DNA of 63,631 nt, filler included, from Octopus bimaculoides (Eukaryota), in NCBI RefSeq assembly GCF_001194135.2. It is 4 parts of 4 records of this genome, joined end to end, with 100 filler letters (N's around TTAATTAATTAA, not from the genome) between each part and the next. Parts side by side here need not be neighbours in the genome. Positions count along the whole stretch, not along the records: positions 1 to 26,631 come from NC_068981.1; positions 26,732 to 43,410 come from NC_068987.1; 2 more parts are not named here. One strand, 5' to 3'. Below, one piece after another: positions 25,777 through 37,115 of this stretch. Made by a program: the position numbers and the translations under genes. The number at the start of each line of letters is the position of its first letter. Position 1 is the stretch's first letter. The notes under the pieces were generated by a model that worked only from the letters and a program-made list of their open reading frames with translations, ran no database searches and was not told where the DNA came from.

Positions 25777-25940
25777 AGTGGCTGTGTGGTAAGTAGCTTG
25801 CTTCCCAACCACATGGTTCCGGGTTCAGTTCCACTGTGTGGCACCTTGGGCAAGTGTCTTCTACTATAGCCTCGGGCCGACCAAAGCCTTGTGAGTGGAT
25901 TTGGTAGACGGAAACTGAAAGAATCCCGTCGTACATATGT
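25777..25940 (+). mobile_element. SINE family C 5' half, running into a gap
   Basis: Near-consensus head; the gap begins at the internal microsatellite. Confidence 0.9.
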
Positions 25941-26590
25941 NNNNNNNNNNNNNNNNNNNNNNNNNNNNNNNNNNNNNNNNNNNNNNNNNNNNNNNNNNNN
26001 NNNNNNNNNNNNNNNNNNNNNNNNNNNNNNNNNNNNNNNNNNNNNNNNNNNNNNNNNNNNNNNNNNNNNNNNNNNNNNNNNNNNNNNNNNNNNNNNNNNN
26101 NNNNNNNNNNNNNNNNNNNNNNNNNNNNNNNNNNNNNNNNNNNNNNNNNNNNNNNNNNNNNNNNNNNNNNNNNNNNNNNNNNNNNNNNNNNTATATATAT
26201 ATATATATATATATATATGCATCCCTATACATACATAACTCATGTGTATATTCAGGTTTTTGCAGTAAATGTGAATGTATTTACGGTTTATGTTTTTGCG
26301 TATGTATTTGTATAAACGTCTACGCTAGGATGATATTGACTACGTATTTATACTTATGCTTGCGCGTGTATATTTGTACATATATATGCATATGCGTGGT
26401 TTAGTATATCCGTGTATATATGTGCATGTGCGTATAGAGATGTGTACATGAACACAATGATGTGTGCATGGGCACATATGCGTACGTATGTGCGTGTATG
26501 CGCGTATGCATGCATATATGTGTGTATGTTTACATGTATAGATATATATATGCGTGTGTGTGTATATATGTACACGTGTGTGTGAGTATG

Positions 26591-26631
<41 letters not shown>

Positions 26632-26731
26632 NNNNNNNNNNNNNNNNNNNNNNNNNNNNNNNNNNNNNNNNNNNNTTAATTAATTAANNNNNNNNNNNNN
26701 NNNNNNNNNNNNNNNNNNNNNNNNNNNNNNN
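26632..26731. other. Artificial scaffold-join spacer N44-TTAATTAATTAA-N44
   Basis: Exactly 100 bp; TTAATTAATTAA has stop codons in all six frames; repeated identically twice more. Confidence 0.95.
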
Positions 26732-26813
26732 ATCAATTTTTTTTTCTTTTGGCTGGGCGGCTGTTTTGCAAAGCTGAAAGCAGAACACAACCGACAGATG
26801 TAGGTGTGGATAT

Positions 26814-26851
<38 letters not shown>

Positions 26852-27046
26852 GTGTTTATAGCTGTTTGTCTGTCTCCGTGTGTATATGCCTGCGTGTATA
26901 TATGTGTGTGTGTGGGTGTGTTTGTGCGTGTGGCTGTGACAGAGACTCGAGTAACAGTTGCAGTAGCCGTTATCGACGCGGTAGCAGCGCCCAGTGGTCG
27001 TGACAATAATGGTAAACGCGATAGTACTGTCAGCCGATAGTAGCAA

Positions 27047-27101
<55 letters not shown>

Positions 27102-27287
27102 TAGTGTGTGTGTGTGTAGTTTGTGTAGCTAGATTAATACTAACGTGAGGTCTGCTGCGCTGCAGTGCTGGCGATAGTATAAGTATGCGTGAGTACGTAT
27201 TGGTGTGTGTGTGTGTGTGTGTGTGTTTGTAGAGGGGGAGTCTGTGTATATATGCATATAAATATATGCGACTGTGTGTGTGTATGA

Positions 27288-27506
27288 TAAAGGCTGCTAG
27301 TTCTCGGAATCGTTAGCACGCCGGTCGTAATGCTTAGCGGCGTTTCGTCCGTCTTTACGTTCTGAGTTCGAATTCCGCCATCTTCAACTTTACTTTTCAT
27401 CCTTCCGAGGTCAATGAAATAAGCATCAGTTAATTACTGGGGTCGATGCAGTCGACTTACCCCCTCCCCCGAAATTGCTGTCCCCATGCCAAAATTTGAA
27501 ATCAAC
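27288..27506 (+). mobile_element. SINE family A
   Basis: gaatcgttagcacgccgg...gagttcgaattccgcc...ggggtcgatgcagtcgac. Confidence 0.85.
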
Positions 27507-27507
27507 A

Positions 27508-28620
27508 GCGTTGCTGTGTGGTAAGAATCTTGCTTCCCAATCACATGGTTCCGGGTTCAGTCCCACTGCGTGGCACCTTATGCAAGTGTCTTCTACTATA
27601 GCCTCGGGCCGACCAAAGCCTTGTGAGTGGATTTGGTAGACGGAAACTGAAAGAAGCCCGTCGTATATATGTATATGTATATGTATATGTATATATATAT
27701 GTCTGTGAGTCTGTGCTTATCCCCCCACCTTCGCTTGAAAACCGATATTGGTGTGTTTACGTCCCCGTAACTTAACGGTTCGGCAAAAAAAAAAGAACGA
27801 TAGAATAAGTACTAAGCTTACAAAGAATAAGTCCTGGGGTCGATTTGTACGACTAAAGGCGGTGCTCCAGCATGGCTGTATTGTTAAGAAGACCGGTTTC
27901 GGATTCAGTCCCCATGCGCTGCACTTTGGGTAAGTGTCTTCTATTATAGCATCCGAGCCGACCAATGCTTCCTGGGTGAATTTGGTCGACGGAAAGTGTG
28001 TGGAATCCCGCCGTATTGTTAACCGCTTGACAACCAGTGTAGGTTTGTTTACGTCGCAGTAAATTAGTAAAGAGACCGATGGAATAAGTAGCAGACTTAA
28101 AAATGAACACTGGGGTGGATTTGTTTGCCGAAAACTTTCAAGGCGGTGCCCCAGCATGGCCGAGGTCAAATGGTTGAAACGAGTAAAAGATAAAACATAG
28201 TTTAATTAATGGAGGGTATCTATATTGTTAATGAGTGAAAAGATATTTTGTGTGGTAAGAAACTTGCTTCCCAGCAACATGGTTTCGGGTTCGGTCCCAC
28301 TGCGTGGCACCTTGGGCAAGTGTCTTCTACTATAACCTCGGGCCGACCAAAGCCTTGGGAGTGGATCTGGTTGATGGAAACTGGAAGAAGCCTGTCGTAT
28401 ATATGTGTGTGTGAGTGTGTGTGTGTGTGTGTGTGTGTCTGTGTTTGTCCCCCTACCATCGCTTTGGCAAACGATGTTGGTGTGTTTACGTTCCCGTAAC
28501 TTAGCGCTTCGGCAAAAAGAGACCGATAGAATAAGCACTGCGCTTACAAAGAATAAGTCCTGGAGTCGATTAGTTCGACAAAAGGCGGTGCTCAAGTGAC
28601 TGAAACAAATGAAAGAGTAA
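27508..28620 (+). mobile_element. Three head-to-tail SINE family C copies (27508-27878, 27880-28196, 28249-28620)
   Basis: Each has the caccttgggcaagtgtcttctactatagc body and a ggcggtgc tail; the middle copy is much more diverged and lacks the microsatellite. Confidence 0.88.
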
Positions 28621-29372
28621 GATTTGCCTTCTTAGCCCATTTCGCGCCATTTTTACCTATGCACCAGCGGTCTTATTCTGTCATAAATTATGCGTCATTT
28701 TTTTTTTTTTTTNNNNNNNNNNTTTTATTTTTCTTTAAAAAAAAAAAAAGATGAACAGGAAAAAAAATCTCAACTTCAGTTGATTTATCCGACTTTACGT
28801 CTGTCACAGCTAACATATATAAAAGCATAAATTTATACAAAAAAAAAAAAGAAAAAACCATCTAAAACCCAATACTGAAGTGGAAAATCAAATGCTATAC
28901 AAGCGAAAATATGTACAAATCATTTATTAAAGCAGATATAAGCTAATATATTTTTTTAAATGTTTATTCGTGTTAAGCCGTCTTTCGAGTTCAATTTGCA
29001 TGTTTTGTAATCAACTATCCACATAAACAGAAGTAAGCCTATATATGTTCTAGTTCGCCATATAAACTACTACATTACCTTATAGCATGGGTATGACTGG
29101 TGATTTCTGTTGTACATCCATTGGGTACCGCGTGAGTCACTGGTGATGCGCGTGTTACGCTAAACGTTAATTTAAATTACATCCGTAATGAAGAGAAAGA
29201 AAAAAACTATTAGCGTCAATGATAATTTTTGTAAAGAAATACAAGGGAGACAATTCCAAAATCCAAATTAATTGAAAATTGAATGAAGACGTACGATAAA
29301 ATCGACTACGTATAACTTCCCATTAAAATTTTGGCCCTTATTTTGGCCCTTGAACCTAAATAAATGTTGATT

Positions 29373-29488
29373 AAGATGACGAACTGGCAGAATCGCTAGC
29401 ACGATGGACAAAGTACTTTGTGGTATTTCGTCCGTGTTTACGTCCTGAGTTCAAATTTTGCCGAAGTCGATCTTGCTTTTCATCCTTT
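29373..29488 (+). mobile_element. SINE family A 5' part, running into a gap
   Basis: gaactggcagaatcgctagc...gagttcaaattttgccgaagtcga. Confidence 0.85.
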
Positions 29489-29844
29489 NNNNNNNNNNNN
29501 NNNNNNNNNNNNNNNNNNNNNNNNNNNNNNNNNNNNNNNNNNNNNNNNNNNNNNNNNNNNNNNNNNNNNNNNNNNNNNNNNNNNNNNNNNNNNNNNNNNN
29601 NNNNNNNNNNNNNNNNNNNNNNNNNNNNNNNNNNNNNNNNNNNNNNNNNNNNNNNNNNNNNNNNNNNNNNNNNNNNNNNNNNNNNNNNNNNNNNNNNNNN
29701 NNNNNNNNNNNNNNNNNNNNNNNNNNNNNNNNNNNNNNNNNNNNNNNNNNNNNNNNNNNNNNNNNNNNNNNNNNNNNNNNNNNNNNNNNNNNNNNNNNNN
29801 NNNNNNNNNNNNNNNNNNNNNNNNNNNNNNNNNNNNNNNNNNNN

Positions 29845-30216
29845 CCGTCGCTTACGACGTCGAGGGTTCCAGTTGATCCGATCAACAGAACAACCTGCTC
29901 GTAAAATTAACGTGCAAGCGGCTGAGCACTCCACAGACACGTGTACCCTTAACGTAGTTCTCGAGGAGATTCAGCGTGGCACAGTGTGACAAGGCTGACC
30001 CTTTGAATTACAGGCACAACAGAAACAGGAAGTAAGAGTGAGAGAAAGTTGTGGTGAAAGAGTACAGCAGGGTTCGCCATCATCCCCTGCCGGAGCCTCG
30101 TAGAGCTTTAGGTGATTTCGCTCAATAAACACTCACAATGCCCGGTCTGGGAATCGAAACTGCGATCTTATGACCGCGAGTCCGATGCCCTAACCACTGG
30201 GCCATTGTGCCTCCAC
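29845..30216 (-). mobile_element. SINE family B, long-tail variant
   Basis: Reverse strand starts gtggaggcacaatggcccagtggttagggcatcggac; matches 11960-12322. Confidence 0.9.
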
Positions 30217-30494
30217 TCGTCATATACTAAGGCCGACTTAATCCATTCTACCTTTCTTTCTAAATTTTTAGCCGTCAGCCAGCGTTGGAAAATTATTTCC
30301 ATATAATCTGAAAATGTTGTGTAGGGAGAAACGAACTTTCAATTCGATTTTTTACTTTTTCTTTTTTTTTAAATATAGGGACGAAGATAATCGATTAATC
30401 GATGCCAATATATGACTGGTTTTTATTTTATCGACCTTTGGATCATTGAAACAGGACAAAAATAAAAAGAAGCAAATTATTGACCTTTGTGTAA

Positions 30495-30965
30495 AACGGC
30501 GAGACTAATGACTAATCATGACTAAGGACTTTTGAGGACTGATCACTAATTGAATAATAACTATAAATGACTGACGACTACATATGTCGAAAGACTATAT
30601 AAGACGAATGAGACTAATGACTATATGACTAGTGACTGTGTATGACGAATGAGTATACGATTAATGATTATATATGACTAAATGACTGTATATGACTAAT
30701 GACTATGACGAATGACTATATATGACTAAATGACTGTATATGACTAATGACCATGACGAATGACTATATAAGACGAATGAGTATATGACTAATGACTAAT
30801 TACTATATATGACTAAATGACTTTATATGACTAATGACTATATATGACGAATGAGTATACGATTAATGACTATATATGATTAAATGACTATATATGACTA
30901 ACAGTTATGACGAATGATTATATATATCGAATGAGTATATGGCTAATGACTATATATGACTAACG
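30495..30965. repeat. Complex minisatellite built from ATGACT / GACTAAT / GACGAAT motifs
   Basis: Read directly. Confidence 0.85.
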
Positions 30966-31084
30966 ACTGTAATATGTTTAGTTCAAACAGGAGATACATT
31001 TTATGCCTCGAGAAAGAAAAGAACGTTTCGGCCATAGCCCCTCCTCAAAGAGACGAAATATCTTCTATTGATCTTTCATAACTC

Positions 31085-31303
31085 TCTCTCCCTCTCTCTT
31101 TCCTTCTTTCTTCCTTTCTTTCCTTCCATCTTTTTTCTTTCTTTCTGTCTTTCTCTCTTTCGTTTTTTCTTTCTTTCTTTCTATTCCTCATTCTTTATTT
31201 CTTTCTTTCTTTCTTTCTATTCCTCATTATTTCTTTCTTTCTTTCTTTCTTTCTATTCCTCATTATTTCTTTCTTTCTTTCTTTCTTTCTATTCCTCATT
31301 ATT

Positions 31304-31342
<39 letters not shown>

Positions 31343-31485
31343 ATTCCTCATTATTTCTTTCTTTCTTTCTTTCTTTCATTCTTTCTATTCTTCAATCTTT
31401 CTTTTTTCTTTCTTTCATTCTTTCTTTCTTTTTTCCTTCTTTCATTCTTTCCTTCTTTCTTTCTTTCTTTCCTTCTTTCTTTCTG

Positions 31486-31516
<31 letters not shown>

Positions 31517-31524
31517 CACTTTTT
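31085..31524. repeat. (TTTC)n-rich polypyrimidine tract with tattcctcattat subunits
   Basis: Read directly; source of the spurious 299-aa F/S/L ORF. Confidence 0.95.
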
Positions 31525-32057
31525 NNNNNNNNNNNNNNNNNNNNNNNNNNNNNNNNNNNNNNNNNNNNNNNNNNNNNNNNNNNNNNNNNNNNNNNNNNNN
31601 NNNNNNNNNNNNNNNNNNNNNNNNNNNNNNNNNNNNNNNNNNNNNNNNNNNNNNNNNNNNNNNNNNNNNNNNNNNNNNNNNNNNNNNNNNNNNNNNNNNN
31701 NNNNNNNNNNNNNNNNNNNNNNNNNNNNNNNNNNNNNNNNNNNNNNNNNNNNNNNNNNNNNNNNNNNNNNNNNNNNNNNNNNNNNNNNNNNNNNNNNNNN
31801 NNNNNNNNNNNNNNNNNNNNNNNNNNNNNNNNNNNNNNNNNNNNNNNNNNNNNNNNNNNNNNNNNNNNNNNNNNNNNNNNNNNNNNNNNNNNNNNNNNNN
31901 NNNNNNNNNNNNNNNNNNNNNNNNNNATATGAAATTAAAAACACTTTATTTATGCAAGAATGTTTAGAAGATTGATGCATTTATCTTATCCCTGACAGAC
32001 TTTATTTAATTTATCATAACTATTAAATTATAACAGAATTATAATATCAACTTACAT

Positions 32058-32562
32058 ATCTTTCATCTTTTACTTGCTTCAGTCATTTGACTGTGGCCAT
32101 GCTGGGGTACCGCCTTGAGGAAATTTTTTTAGTCGAACGAATCAATCCCAGTACTTTTTTAAAGCCTGGTACATATTCTATTGTTCGCTTTTGTCGAATC
32201 ACTAATTTACGGAGACGTAAACGAACATCAGTTGTCAAGCGGTGACGGACACACACACACACACACACACATGCATACATGCACACCCACACTAAAAAAA
32301 CGTGCGCGCGCGTACACATACATGCATAAATACATACACACACACACACATATATGTATATGTAACTTTACAGTTCGGCAATAGAGACCGATAGAATAAG
32401 TACCAGGCTTACAAAGAATAACTCTAGGAGTCAATTTCTTCGACTAAAAGGCGGTGCTTCTGCATGGCCGCAGTCAAATAACTGAAACAAGTAAAAGAAA
32501 AAAAATATATGTATATATGACGAGCTTCTTTCAGTTTCCGTCTACCAAATCCTCTCACAAGA
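32058..32562 (-). mobile_element. SINE family C (-) containing a nested plus-strand C 3' fragment (32361-32500)
   Basis: Minus 3' half 32058-32250, plus-strand tail, then minus 5' fragment 32510-32562. Confidence 0.8.
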
Positions 32563-32730
32563 TATAGTTAGCACGACGAAATTCAAATTCCGCCGAGGTG
32601 GACTTTGCCTTTCATCCTTTCGGGGTCGACAAGTAATGTACCAGTTACATACTGGGTCGATCTGATCGACTGCTCAACCCACCCACTCTCCAAAAATTTC
32701 GGGTCTTGTGCTTAGAGTAGAAAAGAATAA
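32563..32730 (+). mobile_element. SINE family A, internally deleted
   Basis: ttcaaattccgccgaggtggactttgcctttcatcctttcggggtcga...gtgcttagagtagaaaag. Confidence 0.85.
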
Positions 32731-32964
32731 ATCTCTGGAATTTTCTCTCTACCCAAGAATTTCTTGCATGTTCTTTAGAAGTTTAAGCTAAACATACCTA
32801 TGTATTCATTCTTTGCTAGAAAAGGCCTGTTTCATCCACGTTGAATACAAGTTGGGGAAGGTAATTTTTTGGTTCACTGGTACTCTTAAGAACCTGGAGA
32901 AATTCCTTGGCTAACCGAGAAAAGGCATAGAAACGGCGAAGTGCTCGGTCGGTTCTTGTTTTGT

Positions 32965-33075
32965 TGACGCTGCGAAGATGAAAGGCAAAGTCGGCCTCAA
33001 CGGATTTAACTCAGATCTTAAAGAGCTAAAACGAATATTGCAATGCATTTCATCTGATGCTCTAATATTCATGCT
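32965..33075 (-). mobile_element. SINE family A fragment
   Basis: gatgaaaggcaaagtcggcctcaacggatttaactcag. Confidence 0.65.
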
Positions 33076-33329
33076 GTTTGAATCAATGGAACCAAACCCT
33101 GTTGGTTGTAATTGTTCCTGACTTATCTCCTTCTTCTTATAAGTGTCCTTATAAGAAGAGATAATTCAGGAGCAATTACCGCTCTGTTCCTTGATAATCC
33201 AAGCGAGGAATAGGTTTAATGTCGTGTTACGCAGCGTTTCGTCGTCCATTGTTTTAACAAGCGTATCTACTATTTTCTCCAAAAGCTTGTTTACTCCTAG
33301 AGCGTGTCACTTTACCTCGCTGGTCACAA

Positions 33330-33780
33330 TAAGATCGTAATGGCAGAAGCTTTTTGTCAGCTCTTATGTCCATCTCCTACGTTCCTGCTCTTAGGCTTTC
33401 ACTTCATACACGCCAGGTCAATTTGATTCGTTCTCAGTCGAAAGACACTTGTTGTTATTCTCTTGTTGTTTGTATTTGTACCATGTTCTCCGTTTTTTTG
33501 TCTTTGTTGCTGTACACATTTGCTAGCTTTCTTACAAAAAAAATCTAGTGTTCTTAGCCTAGACCTTTTTTGGGGGGTGGGGGGCAACCAGATCGAACTG
33601 TTTCAAGTGTAACTGCTCGAAACAATAAGGACTTCTGGTAACTTGACTGAGGAAAGAAGGCCACGAATGACCCATCTTTTTTTGCCTGTCCTTTTAATTG
33701 TTGTTTCTCTTGTCTGCCTTTGTATTGTCCATCTGTCCAAATGTTTTGTTGTCCTGTATTGCATTTTTGTGCCATTTATA
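33330..33780 (-). mobile_element. Dispersed repeat family E
   Basis: Matches 16010-16305 and 40360-40470. Confidence 0.7.
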
Positions 33781-33789
33781 TATTTATAT

Positions 33790-33945
33790 ATATATATACG
33801 ACGGACTTCCGAACAGTTTCTGTCTATCAAATTCAGTCAGAAGGCTATTGCAAAAAAATATATGCTCAAGATGCTGCGCATTGGGACTGAACCAGAAACC
33901 ATGCGTTTGCAAAGTGAGCTTTGTAGCCATACAACCATATCTGCG
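33790..33945 (-). mobile_element. SINE family C 5' half, degraded
   Basis: gggactgaaccagaaaccatg and cagtttctgtctatcaaattc. Confidence 0.65.
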
Positions 33946-34329
33946 TTTCTCTTCTGCAAATTTTTTTGCACACCAAATTTTATTATCACTTCACTTTTGA
34001 ATAGCGTTTAGTGTGGAAGGAAAATCGAAGAATTGAAGCAACAAGTGGAAGAATGAAACAATACTGCAAGGGATGAGAAAATAAAGACAGAATGTAAGAG
34101 AAAATTCAAGACTAAACCAGCAGATAAGAAAAGTCTATATGATTGAGCGTGAATGTGCAGGATACGTGTGGTATTTTAATACCACAAGGAAGTCGATAGA
34201 TATGAAGTAGAACTCGGGCAGTGAACAAGCTGGTTATATGTAATGGCGTAGCCAGAGCGTGTGCTGCCTGGAGCAGGCCTTCAGTTTTTCCCCAATCCCC
34301 GGAGCCCCATCAAGCCCATACAATCTTAT

Positions 34330-34375
34330 GTTGTTGTTGTTGTTGGCACTCCGTCGCTTACGACGTCGAGGGTTC
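34330..34375 (-). mobile_element. SINE family B 3' end with (CAA)n tail
   Basis: Reverse strand gaaccctcgacgtcgtaagcgacggagtgccaacaacaacaac. Confidence 0.8.
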
Positions 34376-34647
34376 NNNNNNNNNNTCTTCTAAGCTACGC
34401 TACAGGTTCTATGTGGCAACATCAAGAAAGCTAGAAAGAATGAGGAAGAGATATTACGAAATAACATGAAAGAATAACAGTAGCATGAATACCAGGAAGA
34501 ACTTCGATAAAAGGAATCGATTATGACAAGAAATCATAAACGAAAAACTGTTTCTTGATTTGAGAATTGTTTAAAGAAGACGACGCCAAAGACAGCCATA
34601 CATTAGGGAGACGAAGAATTTTCTTCGGTAACATCAATCTTTTATCC

Positions 34648-34853
34648 ATTCTTTTATTCGTTTTCTTCGGTTACTTGTTTCAGTCAATAGACTTCGGCTA
34701 TGCTGGAGCAGCCCCCTGAAGGGTTTAGTCGACCAAATAGGCCCTCGTATATACATATATTTTAAGCCTGGTATTTATTCTCTCGGTATTTATTCCCTGC
34801 TTTGACATTGGGGATGTAAACAAACCAACATTGGTTGCCAAGCAGTTGGAGGG

Positions 34854-34862
<9 letters not shown>
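34648..34862 (-). mobile_element. SINE family C 3' half
   Basis: acttgtttcagtcaatagacttcggctatgctggagc; ends in (CA)n and a gap. Confidence 0.75.
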
Positions 34863-34898
<36 letters not shown>

Positions 34899-35062
34899 CA
34901 CACGCACANNNNNNNNNNNNNNNNNNNNNNNNNNNNNNNNNNNNNNNNNNNNNNNNNNNNNNNNNNNNNNNNNNNNNNNNNNNNNNNNNNNNNNNNNNNN
35001 NNNNNNNNNNNNNNNNNNNNNNNNNNNNNNNNNNNNNNNNNNNNNNNNNNNNNNNNNNNNNN

Positions 35063-35102
<40 letters not shown>

Positions 35103-35184
35103 TCATAAACAGACGAATGGGTTATTAGATATGGCTACAAACGCTTCCTTAACAGTTTTTATGCACATCTATAACATATGTTGT

Positions 35185-35497
35185 GCAGGAATGGCGTGTT
35201 GTAAGAAGCTTGCTTCTCAACCACATGGTTCCGGGTGCAGTCCCACTACGTGGCACCTTGGGCACGTGATTTCTACTATAACCTATATTTGTGTGTTTCT
35301 GTTTGTCCCACACCATCGCTTGACAACCGATGCTGGTGTGTTTACGTCCCCGTAACTTAGCGGTTCGGCAAAAGTGAACGATAGAATAAGTGCTAGGCTT
35401 ACAATGGATAAGTCCTGGGGGTCTATTTGTTCGACTAAAGGCGGTGCTCCTGCATGGCCGCAGTCAAATGACTGAAACAAGTAAAAGAATAAAAGAA
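35185..35497 (+). mobile_element. SINE family C with an internal deletion
   Basis: Head joined to the 3' half; the gaccaaagcc...gaagcccg block is missing. Confidence 0.85.
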
Positions 35498-35607
35498 AAA
35501 CTCTCAACTCATCAGGTTTACCAAATATACAAACAAGCAGTGACATATCGCTTAATCAACAGGTCATCAAGAAGCTTCCTGATGAGCTGAGAGCTGCGTA
35601 ACATATT

Positions 35608-35690
35608 ACACAATCTTATGGATACATACAGTCTTATGGATGCATACACAATCTTATGGATGCACACACAATCTTATGGATGCATACAGC
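35608..35690. repeat. About 21-bp tandem repeat, 4 copies
   Basis: Unit acaatcttatggatgcatac(ac). Confidence 0.85.
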
Positions 35691-36001
35691 ATACCCGACT
35701 GCATTATACCTGCGTTACAATAAAGACCCATAGCAAAACAACAGTGGTAATACCAGATATTCGTCTGTTTTTATCATGTTTTTATGCCAGGCTTAAGGTT
35801 CTATTCCTCGTTTGATACTTTTGGTGACTATTGTAGCTGTGGATTACCTAACAACAGTGAACTTTCATTCATCGGCGAATTCTGCGCTTTGATAATTGAT
35901 AATGGATTAATTAACTGCCTGTTTTGCGTCATTCTGTCAAATCAATTGTGTCAAATCAATTTGATATGCTTCTATTCGTAATGGATCTCCAGTAATCAAA
36001 A

Positions 36002-36054
<53 letters not shown>

Positions 36055-36270
36055 TTAGTCCAAATAGGTGTGTGTCGATTAGTGTGCTGAAGTGTTGAGT
36101 AGAGCACTGGCACAGTTTTGGCTACCTGGTGTCACCCGTAGTCGGGGTATGTTTCCGTTGGATCTACTTCAGGAACTCCGCAGTGTTAATTGAGATAATA
36201 ATAATTATTTCTTACGTAACCAGAAGATGGATTTGATATTAATCTTTATTTTGTACAACGGTCGTTTCGA

Positions 36271-36419
36271 CTCATCAGGTACATCCATACATGAAGTTGT
36301 GTCTTGCTAAAGATTCTGAGTTTTGGCTGTCATGTCGTTATATGCTGGTCTGGGCATGAAAAGCGAAAACTCAGGATTTTTAGCGAGACACAACTTTATG
36401 TATGGATGTACCTGATGAG
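36271..36419. repeat. 57-bp-arm inverted repeat ending in CTGATGAG cores
   Basis: Arms 36271-36327 and 36363-36419 differ at about 5 positions. Confidence 0.9.
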
Positions 36420-36531
36420 ACCCAGACTGCAGAATGGATGCAGCGCATGTTGAACGGAGTCGCACCCATAAGGGGCAGTAANNNNNNNNNNATATATATA
36501 CACACACACACACATACATACATACATACAT

Positions 36532-36562
<31 letters not shown>

Positions 36563-36914
36563 TGTAGGCGTGTATTTTACAGCAAGCTTGCTAAAACGTT
36601 AGCGAATTTGACAAAATGTTTCATCCGTGGTACCTCGGGTGTCTTCCACTGTAGCCTCTATCTGACCAAAGCCTTGTGAGTGGATTTGGTTCACAGTTTC
36701 CGTTTAACAAATTTACAAAGCCTTGGTCGGCCGAGGGCTATAATAGAAAACACGCTCAACCCGGCAGCCATGCCGGCACCTATTGCTGCATATCCAAAAT
36801 AATTTTAAGGCGGCAAGGCATGACTGAAGGAAAATTTGTTTGTTATTTCTAGCAAGTGAAGTAACCCCGTAGAGGTGTCACTGAGGAATGGATCGTGGCA
36901 TTGTTTGGTAACCA

Positions 36915-37115
36915 GAGTTGTTGTCGTTGTTGTTTATGGTTGTTTAACCCCTGGTCAGTCTCGATCGAAGAGATCTATGATCAAAGACACCCCCATCCGT
37001 GACCATCGTTTGTTTTTCTCTCCCCAGAGAGGTTTATTAAGAAGGAAGAATGCGATTTGAGAAAGATTTGACTGTTATTTCTAGCATGACGGAAGATTTT
37101 TATAGACGGCTTCCC
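36915..37115 (-). mobile_element. Dispersed repeat family D (further pieces at 36820-36875, 49520-49670, 50925-51005)
   Basis: Shared gatttg(a/g)ctg(t/c)tatttctag motif and (GTT)n end. Confidence 0.7.

Noticed and set aside
31068-31967. 299-aa F/S/L-rich membrane-like ORF
   Set aside because: (TTTC)n tract plus Ns.
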